Assembly: GCA_964503485.1 (NCBI GenBank)
Contig: CAZDBH010000002.1
Span: 508 to 64,507 of the forward strand
Origin: an uncultured Bradymonadales bacterium
GTDB taxonomy: Bacteria; Myxococcota_A; Bradymonadia; JAFGEP01
Direction: 5' to 3'
Length of the DNA: 64,000 nt
This document shows positions 31,156 to 40,300 of the stretch, piece after piece. The first letter of the stretch is position 1. Each line of letters begins with the position of its first letter. The position numbers were made by a program, and so were the translations under genes. Under the pieces are notes generated by a model, which was given only the letters and a program-made list of their open reading frames with translations, searched no databases and was not told the DNA's origin.

Positions 31156-32286
31156 TTACTGCGCGACAATATGGAATTCAACACGGCGATTTGCAGCTCG
31201 ACCGTCAGCTGTCTCGTTCGTCTCGATAGGTGATTCTTCGCCGTGACCAACCGATGTGGTTCGCCCAGCGCTGATTCCCGCTCTAATCAAGTAGGACCGG
31301 ACGCTACCGGCGCGCTCATCGGAGAGGCGCAGGTTGTAGCGAGCCGATCCAGAGCTGTCGGTGTGGCCTTCTATGCGAAGCTCCATCCCCGGATTCGACG
31401 CGAGGATAGACACAATCTCGTCCAAGATTGGGTAGCTGTCAGGCAGAATATCCGACGAGTCATAGGCGAAGTGAATCTGCTCCGTGATTTCGATGCGATC
31501 GTCGTGAATGACGGTAAACTCGAGCTCGGGTTCGGGGTCATCCTCGGGACAGCCGTCCTCATCCTCGTCCCCATCGAAATCTTCGGGGTCGTTGGGGCAT
31601 TGGTCGTCGTAGTCGAGAACGCCGTCGCCATCGTTGTCTAGGTCCGGGCAGCCGTCCTCATCCTCGAATAGGTCGAAGTCCTCAGGATCGTTGGGACACT
31701 GATCCTCGAAGTCGTAGAGACCGTCGAGATCATTGTCTTCCTCGGGTCAGCCGTCCTCATCCTCAAAATCATCGAAGTCTTCTGGATCCAGCGGGCATAG
31801 GTCGTCGTTATCGAGGATCCCATCGCCGTCAGAGTCGGCTACGAAGTCGGGCCAACACTCCGGTCGGACATCGACGATCGCGGCCGCCGCATCGGCATTG
31901 ATGTGGGCGATCTCTAGGTGGTGCGTCGCTTCGAGATAGGAGCCCCGGTCGAGTTCGTAGTTTCCGAAATCGAGATTCGACTCGGCCATCGCGAGTTCAC
32001 GCTCGGCACAGCGATAAGCTGCCTCGCGAATCCGATCGAGGGTCGACCCAACGTAAAGCGCTTCGGCCTGCAGCTGTTTTCCAGATGCGCAGCCCGTTGT
32101 GGCCGTCGACAGGGCAGTTATCAAACCCAGCAGTCCCAGGATGACGACTGAAGCGTTGAGCTTCCAGTATGAAGCCGGCCCACTCTGCGAATGAACGACG
32201 ATGGGGCTGTGCACTGTATTCACCAACTGGGTTCGCACCAGATTCTCTCCATGTCTCCTGCAACTACGAGCCAGCGGAGACGCCAT
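31156..32286 (-). CDS. OmpA-family peptidoglycan-binding lipoprotein with thrombospondin type-3 (TSP3) Ca-binding repeats. The reading frame is continuous except for ONE in-frame TGA at 31747..31749 in place of a conserved Cys codon (either a pseudogene or recoding).
   Basis: Manual minus-strand translation in a single frame gives …CPLDPEDFDDFEDEDG*PEEDNDLDGLYDFEDQCPNDPEDFDLFEDEDGCPDLDNDGDGVLDYDDQCPNDPEDFDGDEDEDGCPEDD… then the OmpA C-terminal domain (LRIEGHTDSSGSARYNLRLSDERAGSVRSYL…NRRVEF). The track splits it into 31747..32286 and 31156..31425. Confidence 0.65.
31500..31860 (-). repeat. Tandem TSP3-repeat-encoding DNA repeats (units like gggcagccgtcctcatcctc).
   Basis: Near-identical ~24-nt units recur four times on the plus strand and encode EDEDGCP(D/E) on the minus strand. 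Confidence 0.6.
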
Positions 32287-32294
32287 TCTTGGTC

Positions 32295-32660
32295 CTATTC
32301 GCCCAGACCGTCGTCATCCAATCCCAAACCTGGAGCGTTCCTGTTGGGATTCGCAACCGCCCGCTCCAGAGCCGCTTCGGCCAACTCGCGGGCACGCTGT
32401 CCGTACTCTTCAGCGTGTTGGAAGTCGGAATACCCCCATTCTTCTTTGGCTTTCTCGAGATATTGAACTGCGCTCACATACTCGTATGTGGCGAACTCCT
32501 CCGCCTGCTCCATTTCTGCTGCCCGAACGGCGAGCTCGGCGTCTCGAATTGTGGGAGTCGAAATTACAGCCCCGCAAGCCCCTAAAAGGGTGACCATGCC
32601 GCAGAGGCACAGCACTGGGACGAAAAACGCTCTAACCATGTTCATACCCCATCGTCCCAA
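32295..32660 (-). CDS. Small lipoprotein, DUF4398-like (commonly partnered with OmpA-family proteins).
   Basis: Signal + lipobox (MVTLLGACGA). Helical AELAVRAAEMEQAEEFA…AKEEW content. Its stop lies 8 bp upstream of the OmpA/TSP3 gene. Domain assignment is from memory and tentative. Confidence 0.35.
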   Translation of the reverse strand: MGRWGMNMVRAFFVPVLCLCGMVTLLGACGAVISTPTIRDAELAVRAAEMEQAEEFATYEYVSAVQYLEKAKEEWGYSDFQHAEEYGQRARELAEAALERAVANPNRNAPGLGLDDDGLGE

Positions 32661-32873
32661 AGTGACAGGACGGCGGGTACAGGCATAGCAAGAGCGGAAT
32701 TACCATGTCAACTTAGTGTGAACATGGTAAAGCTCTATAAAGGGTTAGGTCTCCAATGATTCTACAGGTTTTATTTACCAGAAGACGTTGCTGGCCTATA
32801 CTCACGTCAATGCGGGTCACCACGCCCTAAATGGGCATGCAACCCAGTACCGCGTCGCGAAACGAGGGTTCCC

Positions 32874-34835
32874 ATGTCCCGGCCCAAGGGGCTACTTGAA
32901 TATGTCGTGGTTTTTGAGAACGGACGACGTTCCGACCCGCTATCTCTGTCTACTCTCAGAGAGATGATATCCGGAGGCCTCATTGGTGAGGGCGACCGGG
33001 TCTCGAAGGACGGCTCCGAGGCATCTGAGTACTACCTGTTCGATGAACTCGTCGACCTGTGGGATGTCGAATCCGCGACCTTCGATATTGGTGGAGATCC
33101 CCGCGACGACGGGCCCATCCTGGCAAGTATCAGGACAGCTTCCTCTCCGCCACCCGTGCCGAGCAGGCAACCGGCCCCGCAGAGTCCCCAGGAAGAAGAC
33201 GAAGGCAGCACCTCGAACCTGGGAGTTCGGGCCGCACAGGACGTATTGACTGCGAGTCTCGGAGTCGAGTCCGGTGAGCCCCTGCCAGCCGAGACCGCGG
33301 CACTTCTGGACGACATTGCTTCGATGTTGGAATTCGAGATCGCAGATCTCGGCTCGGCACCCGCAGCGCCGCCAGTACAACCCGTCAGCCCGGCGCCGCT
33401 GCCCGCACCACCAGGTTTTGCTGGCTACGACGCCCTGTCGGATGATCTACTCGACCCGGTCACGATTCGTGACCTTCTGTTTGACGCATCGCTCTACACG
33501 GCACTGGCCGTCTCCTACGAAGCCACCGAACAAGAGCTGAACGAGGCCTATCTCACACGCGCCGAGCTGATCGCTCAGCGTCAACGAGTCATGACGACCA
33601 AGGACATCGACCAGGTCGCGGCCCTCGAAGATATTAGGCGCCTGATTTTCCAATCCTTCGAGTTTCTTCGCAACGACGCAAAGCGGACCGCCTATGATCG
33701 TGCAGGCCAGCGCTCGGGTTCTTTCAAACCGTCAGCCCAGGAGTTGGGGCTGACCAGAATGGACCCAGACTCGCAAGAGTTCAGGACCACTGGCACCTTC
33801 TCGAGCGCGAGCAGAATGGCGCTCAAAAACCGCACCAAGGGCGACATCACGCAGCGCCTCAAGCAGTTCACGACCGCCAGCTTGCCGCAGGTCAATCGCT
33901 CTCGTTTGAGCGGTTCGATGCCTGCCCTGAGATCGATCGATGATCCACTGCTCGGGCAAAACGCGGGGCCGCGAGTTTACACCGCGCCGCACAAGGCCCT
34001 CGAGTCGGGTGAGCTGTCCACCATCGGGCTGAGTGACGCCAAACTCTTCAAGGGTGAAGTACCCACCGACGCACGCGAGCGGGAAGAGCGGTCGAAAACC
34101 TCCGACAAGCCGAGGGCACACCGCCGCACCTTCGAAGCGCTTGATATCACCGGCGAGCAAGATGCTGTCCAGTGGGGTTCCCTAAGCCACCAGAGGGGGA
34201 CCGGCTTTCTACAGGCCGCACTCCTGACAGTCGGGCTTTGCCTTATCTCGATTGTGGTCGTCCTCACCACCGAATTGGGTGCGAACGAATTCGACTACAA
34301 CGGCCCCACCGAGTGGTTCTACGGCAGAAATGGGCTTCTGATCGTGGGGGCGATCCTCGCACTGATCGCACTCCGGAAGGAGTCCCCAATCGCACTCGGT
34401 TTTCGGCCTGCCATACTCTTTTCGATCCTGGCCGTGATGATCGGAGTCGCCCTCGGCTTTGTTGGCTCATTTGTAGCCCCGATTCGGATTGCCGAACCAA
34501 AACCGCTCTTAATCATGGGCGTCATCCTGCTCCAGGCCGTGGCTCACGAAACCTACTTCCGCGGCTTTGTGACCCGAGTACTACTCCTCGAAATGAAGAG
34601 CCCAATGGTGGCGGTTTTCACAAGCTGCTTCTTCTACGGTGTGTTCTATCTGACCTTCAGAAACGTCATGGTCCAAGAGGGTTTCTGGCGCATCTACTAC
34701 AGCCTCTTGCTCTACGGCTTCGGGCTGGGCGGTGTCTACGGATGGCTCTACTACAAGTCGAAGAGCGTCTGGCCGAGCTTCCTCGCTCATTTCCTGACCA
34801 TCATGGTCACGTTCCTCACCTCTAGAGTAGCTTGA
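32874..34835 (+). CDS. Multi-domain membrane protein: N-terminal DUF4339/GYF-like domain, a degenerate J-domain-like segment (no HPD), Pro-rich linker, and a C-terminal CPBP (CAAX-protease/Abi-like) intramembrane metalloprotease domain.
   Basis: C-terminal TM region with HETYFRGFV (EExxxR-like CPBP motif 1), FYGVFYLTFRN, and HFLTIM (HxxxN/D-type motif). The N-terminus VVFENGRRSDPLSLSTLREMISGG resembles DUF4339. 653 aa. Confidence 0.5.
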   Translation: MSRPKGLLEYVVVFENGRRSDPLSLSTLREMISGGLIGEGDRVSKDGSEASEYYLFDELVDLWDVESATFDIGGDPRDDGPILASIRTASSPPPVPSRQPAPQSPQEEDEGSTSNLGVRAAQDVLTASLGVESGEPLPAETAALLDDIASMLEFEIADLGSAPAAPPVQPVSPAPLPAPPGFAGYDALSDDLLDPVTIRDLLFDASLYTALAVSYEATEQELNEAYLTRAELIAQRQRVMTTKDIDQVAALEDIRRLIFQSFEFLRNDAKRTAYDRAGQRSGSFKPSAQELGLTRMDPDSQEFRTTGTFSSASRMALKNRTKGDITQRLKQFTTASLPQVNRSRLSGSMPALRSIDDPLLGQNAGPRVYTAPHKALESGELSTIGLSDAKLFKGEVPTDAREREERSKTSDKPRAHRRTFEALDITGEQDAVQWGSLSHQRGTGFLQAALLTVGLCLISIVVVLTTELGANEFDYNGPTEWFYGRNGLLIVGAILALIALRKESPIALGFRPAILFSILAVMIGVALGFVGSFVAPIRIAEPKPLLIMGVILLQAVAHETYFRGFVTRVLLLEMKSPMVAVFTSCFFYGVFYLTFRNVMVQEGFWRIYYSLLLYGFGLGGVYGWLYYKSKSVWPSFLAHFLTIMVTFLTSRVA

Positions 34836-34838
34836 GTC

Positions 34839-35165
34839 GTGCGCAAGTCGGGCTGGGTACTTCCGACGTTGCTACTGATTCCTCTACTGGCCTGGTCATG
34901 GCGCCAGCTGCGCTCAGACCAGCCGCCCTTGACCTTCACAACCGCCAGTATGCAAGTCGAACTGGGAACCAAAGAGCCGCAACCCGGCCTGCTCCAGTGT
35001 ACTCCCAGCGACGAGGTGCTCAGCACAGAGCTGGCGGCGCTACAATACGTCCACTTCTCAGGGCAGCCATGCGCCGAAGATAGGGGCACGCATGTGCTCG
35101 AAGAGTGGCTCGGTGGCAGGTTGCTCTGGAGTCCTGGCAATACGATACGAGTCGAGAGATGGTAA
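34839..35165 (+). CDS. Possible small secreted protein (GTG start).
   Basis: 108-aa ORF in the gap between the CPBP gene and lnt, with a hydrophobic N-terminus (WVLPTLLLIPLLAWSW). No similarity recognised. May be spurious. Confidence 0.25.
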   Translation: MRKSGWVLPTLLLIPLLAWSWRQLRSDQPPLTFTTASMQVELGTKEPQPGLLQCTPSDEVLSTELAALQYVHFSGQPCAEDRGTHVLEEWLGGRLLWSPGNTIRVERW

Positions 35166-36637
35166 GCCGTCTTCTGTGGGCCAGCATTGCCGGAATCCTA
35201 TTTGCCCAAGCCTACCTCCACTCGGCCCCCTTCGCTCTGGCCGGTGCAGTCGCTCTGGGACTTGCGCTGAGGCCTCCCTTCGACCGGAATTGGCGACGGC
35301 AGATAGCGAGAGTCTTCATCGTTCAACAAATCTGGATCGCCCTGCACGGTTGGGGGTTCCTGCACTACGGCTGGAGGCTATATGTCGCCACGCTCTTCTA
35401 CTTCGCGCTTTCCGGCGCCCTGCTGTCGATTCTGGTGATCGGTTTCGCCCGCAGGCCTCGGGTAGGCCCGCTGCGGGTGGCCGCAGCTTGGATGACGGTG
35501 GAAGCGCTCCACCAGGTCGGATCCTTCGGCTTCCCGCTTTTTTTGGGCGGGACCCAAATCGAAATGCCGTGGCGCACCTCGATGGGCGTTATCGGGGCTG
35601 TCGGCCTGAGTGGTCTGATTATCGGGTTGGGCGTCGCTGCCACCCGTGCTCGCATGTCGGCCCTTCGCTGGGCAGCAGCCCTCGTTGTGTTTTCACTCTT
35701 GGGTCTGTGGCAGCCCGGGATAGAAGAGGTTGGCGAATCACAGGATGTAGCGATTGTTCAGGGCGGTGTCCCCAGTTGGTTCTACCAGATCGTGGATGAC
35801 TCGGAAGCGGCTGCCTATCTTGTCGAGGACCACTATTTCGGGCTCGCCGAAGAGGCATTTGTCGGCGGTCCTGATCTCGTCCTGCTACCCGAAGCTGCAC
35901 TCCACCACGCAATTGCCCAAACTGGTGACTATTCGGTTGATCCATTGTTTCGAGCCTCGGACAACCCAGAGAACGCAACGACCCAGCTTTTGACTGGAGC
36001 CTATCGAGAGACCTGGGTCGGAGACGATCTGCGCCTCTACAACTCGGCCCTCCTGCTCGATGCGTCAGACAGCCGGCACCTAATCGCTGTGGTCGACAAG
36101 CGTCTGCTGGCCCCCGTCGTCGAGTCCCTGTTTACGCCAGGAACCGGTGATGGTCTGGTCGAGGCCCGCGCTATGACGATCGGCGTGCTCATCTGCTTCG
36201 AATCGATCTATCCCAGAATGGGCAGGCAAGTTGCGGAATCGGCGAGCGTGGTAGCGATTCTCACCAACGACGCGGGCTTTGTACGAGCTCCAGTGAGCCT
36301 CACGCACGCCCGCCAGGGTTGGAGCCGAGCGATCGAACTGGGACGGCCGATCGTACGCTCTGCCCAAGCAGGTATCTCCTTCATCGTCGACCACCGGGGA
36401 CAGATCCAGGCCCAGCTCGACTTCTTCGAGCAAGGTGTTCTGCGTGGAACGGTTCAACCCACCACTGGCTGGACCTGGTTTACCCTCTTCGGCTTCATGC
36501 TCGCGCCGGTTGCGGGGTTACTACTCTGCCTCTTCATCGTTCTGGGTGACCGCCGGTTTGGAAAGCCCGCGGCGGTAGAGCCAGCCGAGGAGGCCAAGGA
36601 TGAGGGCGTAGCCGACAAGGAAACTGGCGTACCCTGA
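35162..36637 (+). CDS. lnt: Apolipoprotein N-acyltransferase (Lnt).
   Basis: N-terminal polytopic membrane region followed by a CN-hydrolase (nitrilase) domain with the catalytic-Cys context IGVLICFESIYP. Length ~490-510 aa. The start is ambiguous (35105 or 35162). Confidence 0.7.
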   Translation, partial: VSRLLWASIAGILFAQAYLHSAPFALAGAVALGLALRPPFDRNWRRQIARVFIVQQIWIALHGWGFLHYGWRLYVATLFYFALSGALLSILVIGFARRPRVGPLRVAAAWMTVEALHQVGSFGFPLFLGGTQIEMPWRTSMGVIGAVGLSGLIIGLGVAATRARMSALRWAAALVVFSLLGLWQPGIEEVGESQDVAIVQGGVPSWFYQIVDDSEAAAYLVEDHYFGLAEEAFVGGPDLVLLPEAALHHAIAQTGDYSVDPLFRASDNPENATTQLLTGAYRETWVGDDLRLYNSALLLDASDSRHLIAVVDKRLLAPVVESLFTPGTGDGLVEARAMTIGVLICFESIYPRMGRQVAESASVVAILTNDAGFVRAPVSLTHARQGWSRAIELGRPIVRSAQAGISFIVDHRGQIQAQLDFFEQGVLRGTVQPTTGWTWFTLFGFMLAPVAGLLLCLFIVLGDRRFGKPAAVEPAEEAKDEGVADKETGVP

Positions 36638-37378
36638 GACGTTGTGCATCGGACCCATCGCAAGCTCGCTGCCTCCGTGCTCACCCAGAGTCGAAATCGT
36701 GGCGATTCGAGTGCCGTTCACAAGCAGTGAGAAGGGCAGGGCCAGAACAACCAGAACCAGAAGTTGGCGCTCGCGAATCCGGAAAATTAGACCGAGAAGC
36801 AAGGTGTACAACGACAGTGCTGCCAACGTGTTGACCCCACTGCATGTCTCATCGACTAGGTTGTAGAAGGTAGGGGTGAGTATCAGGAGGTCTTGCTTTT
36901 GTACCTCGAAACCGAGGACCGTCAACCACACACAGGCCACGTTCGCCGACAAGTGTTGCAGCATCAGCTCGAATCGGGCCATCCATCCTGTAGTTAGAGG
37001 CGCCATCAAAATGAGTGGCGTGAGCGGCAGTAGGTAACGCCCGAGCAGTTCGCGTCCGCCGACTAGCCCAACAGCTGCCCCGACGGTGAGCCAAAACCCC
37101 ACAGCCCCGACGATCGGTTCATCCAACACCCAGGCGAGGCAGTTGACGCACAGGGCCAGTAACGTTGCGACGACAAGGACGTGCGAGGAGGTGCGTGAGC
37201 GGGTTCGGTCGTCGTCGGTTCGAAAACGGATCCAACAGGCGACGCCGGCGATAATCGGCATCATTGCGCTGAACGAAACGTCGATGAGTTCGTTGCTTCG
37301 CCACCAACCGAGGAGGTCTGTCAGGAATGGGACAGTCGAAGCGATGAGGACTACTGCGAAGGCGAGCCGGCGCATCAT
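36521..37378 (-). CDS. Exosortase/archaeosortase-family transpeptidase-like membrane protein.
   Basis: 8-TM-type protein of 285 aa with the family's catalytic-Cys motif (DETCSGVNTLAALS), an NxxR motif (LLVNGTRIATI) and a downstream His (GEHGG). It starts 11 bp after the stop of the 1365-aa gene, so the two are co-transcribed. Its 3' end overlaps lnt by ~117 nt. Confidence 0.6.
   Translation of the reverse strand: MMRRLAFAVVLIASTVPFLTDLLGWWRSNELIDVSFSAMMPIIAGVACWIRFRTDDDRTRSRTSSHVLVVATLLALCVNCLAWVLDEPIVGAVGFWLTVGAAVGLVGGRELLGRYLLPLTPLILMAPLTTGWMARFELMLQHLSANVACVWLTVLGFEVQKQDLLILTPTFYNLVDETCSGVNTLAALSLYTLLLGLIFRIRERQLLVLVVLALPFSLLVNGTRIATISTLGEHGGSELAMGPMHNVSGYASFLVGYALILGLLGWLYRRGLSKPAVTQNDEEAE
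36550..36575. other. Imperfect palindrome ccgccgg-tttggaaag-cccgcggcgg inside the lnt / exosortase convergent 3' overlap (possible bidirectional terminator, or a sign that one gene end is mis-called).
   Basis: Seen directly. Both convergent ORFs read through it. Confidence 0.3.
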
Positions 37379-37389
37379 CCTCTCTCGCG

Positions 37390-40300
37390 TTAGTCAGCGC
37401 ACTCGCAGCTGTCGCTGCAGCTGCTGCACTCCCCAATATGGCCCGTATCACAGTCTTCGTTTACAGACCAAAGAACCTGGCCGGCCTTCGACTCGTCCTC
37501 TCCTTCACCCGAAGTCACTGCGCCGACTGTTCCACCGCAGGCATCGTCATTGATGAAGATCTTGTAATACGGGTTCGGGAAGCCGCCGCCATACGGATAC
37601 TGGCGTACCCGCACTTGGTAGTCGCCCGCCGGCAGGTCATAGAAAGCGAATTCACGGCCCGGGAAGTCCGCGACCGATCGCGACACCTGAGTCTCGCAGA
37701 CGTAGTGGTCGCTCTCTGGGTCCAATTCGGGCAGACAGGGGCAGTCCTCGTCCGCCGGGAAACCACACTCGTAAACAGTCTGGTCAATCCCATCCCGCAA
37801 CGGATCGGGATACAGTAGGGCAATCGCCTGGCCTGCTTCATCGAAGTGCCTGAGGTACAGTTCGATGTCGCCGCCTTCGGTGGTGAATGAGAACCAGTCA
37901 TCTTTGTCCCAGCTACAGAGCGAGCCCACGTGATCAGACGCGGAAGTTCCCGGCTCTAGAACACAGGTCTCGTCAGTACAACCGAGGTCGTTTGGTCCGG
38001 GATAGCGATCCCAATCTTCGGGCGTCAAATCCCACGGATCGTAACGTTCCGGCGGTGGACAGTCTCGCCCGCCCGCGCCGTTTACCTCGACCAAGATGTC
38101 GTAATCGGCCCCAGCCACGAGACTTCCCGCGTCGACCGTAAGCCGGTAGGTCGCTACAATCTTGCCCGCTGGGGCGTTGGCTGTCCCGTCGATGAGGATG
38201 TCGTAACAGGTGTTCGCTGACTCGCAAGCCGGTGTCACATCGACCCCGTACCGGAATTGATCGGAGCCTTCTCGGCCGAAGAAGACTTCGACTTTCTCGG
38301 CGTTATCCTCGGCGTCATCGCCGTTCATTCGAACGCGCACTGTATACCGGTCACCTTCGAGAAAACGTAGGTGGTAGACGTCTTCGTCGGAGGGACAAAT
38401 CACGAGATTATCAGCCGGCAAACATTCGCAGAACGCCGTGTCGTCGGTACCGCAGGTCGTCGTGAGGAACTCGCCGCAGCCGTCGCCCCAACCAGCCAAC
38501 AACGTGGCTCGGTGAAGCAGTTCTGGATGCTCGGAGTCGTTGGGCTCGAGTTCGTCATCCTCACAGGGCGTTTCAATGTAGTCGATCGTCAACGAGTAGG
38601 ACTCGCCGAGTACCGGGATGAGTTCATCATCGTCCGGGTTGCTGCTGGCGACCCGCACGAAATAGATGGCTGCTTCCCCGTCGACTGTGCCGCCCACTCG
38701 TTCGTAGATGGGTTCGTCGGTCAGAAGCACACCACTGGGCAGACCGGTTGTATCCATCTCGACCAACTCCCGATCCTCCCCGTCGAGTACCCATTCGTAG
38801 ATGGTCATTTCGAGGGCGTCGTCTTCCTGGAAGAGGGAGGCTTGCAGGAACCCTTCTGATGGGGCCCGGAAAATCTGGACCAGATAGAAATCCTCATCTA
38901 GATCCACGGAATCATCGACTACTGCTGGGCAGATGCGCGCTTCCTCGAAGGACGCGGTGGCAGGCCGACTCGGGATGATGAACTTGCTATCGGTCGGCAA
39001 GTCCTGGGCATTTTCTGGGGTATTGTTGTGTCGGTCGGCACCCAGCGCGATGCTATCATAGTAGTCTCGTTCACAGCGCGCCGTTCCCATCCCGCTCTCG
39101 AACCGAAAGGTGTAGGCCGCTTCTGCGCTCCCTCCGGGGATTTGCATACGGAAGTAGTACTCATCGGTGGCAGCCACGGACCGGTCCAGAATCCGGTCGT
39201 CTGTGTCGTCCAAGTCGGCCGGATTGTCCCAGGCGCCGGCAGAAACGATGGAGTCGGCTTCCAAATCGACACCCCCATCTGTACCCAAGTCCATTTGTAT
39301 TCCGGGATGACCGTCACGCGAATCAGTGACCGCTGTCAGGGTTTGACCGGCAAAGAGCACCATGCTGAAGAAGTCCACGTCGCCCGTGCACATGGTGAGG
39401 TCGGTGAAACTGCGGTCGACCAGGCGGCCGGCTGAGCCCAGAGGTGTAGCAGAAATCGTGCTGTTGTTCACCTCGAGAGGGTCTGCTTCGCAGAGGAACG
39501 GGCGGTCGAGCAGCACTTCGAGTGAGTAGTCGACGCACTCGAGACCGACCGTGAAGACTTGAACGAAATAGAGTTCGCTTTCGGGCACGAGGTAATCGTT
39601 AACCTGAACGTCGGTCGGTACTTCGGAATCGGTCGGTCGGAACACCACGTCCCCACCGTTGTTGAAAAAGGACATCGCTATGAAGCCCTCCGATTGCGCG
39701 TGCACCGATATGCGGTCGCCGGCGTTGAGATACATGACGTAGTGGTCGAAATCGGCGCCGGTTGACGCGGTAGCATCGGCACACCAGCTGTCCTCAGTGT
39801 CGTCACATGGCCTCAGATCAGTTGAGCCGGTGCAGTCCCGGAAGCTGACCACGGCGTCGCCAGAGTAGAATGGAATACAGGTAGCCGTAGAGCGGGTATC
39901 GTCGCGAATCACGTCCGTCTCGAGGGCATCGAGACACCCGCTCTGGCATCGGCCGGTGAGTGGATTGCAGGATTGACCGTCCGGGCAACTGTCCTCGGTT
40001 TCGTCGCTCTCTGGCGTACAGTCGACTTCACATTCTGGGGTCGAACAATGCGTACCCAGCGGGCACTCCTCATCTGCGACGCAGCCGCACTGATCTGTCG
40101 CGACCGAGCAAACCTGCCCGTCGGGGCAGTGGCACTCGTCGCCGTCACAGCCAGGTATGCAGCGCTGCAGTGTCGGTGAGCAGAATTCGCCAAGCGGACA
40201 CTCGTCGCAGGCTCCGTCCGGGTCGCAGCGCGGGATCCCGCAGTCACGGGTTTCGGGATCGCATATGAGTTCGTCGAAACAGGTGTCCTCGTCGGCCTCT

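Noticed and set aside
31747-31749. Confident call of selenocysteine at the in-frame TGA
   Set aside because: A Sec in a TSP3 Ca-binding repeat has no obvious rationale, and I could not identify a convincing bSECIS hairpin downstream by eye. Kept only as a low-probability alternative to a nonsense mutation or sequencing error.
31371-31823. Track ORFs 31371..31631 and 31638..31823 within the OmpA/TSP3 locus suggested a multi-frameshifted pseudogene
   Set aside because: Manual translation shows the TSP3 repeats and the OmpA domain are all in one frame (that of 31156..31425 and 31747..32286). Those two ORFs are alternative-frame artefacts, and the only lesion is the single TGA.
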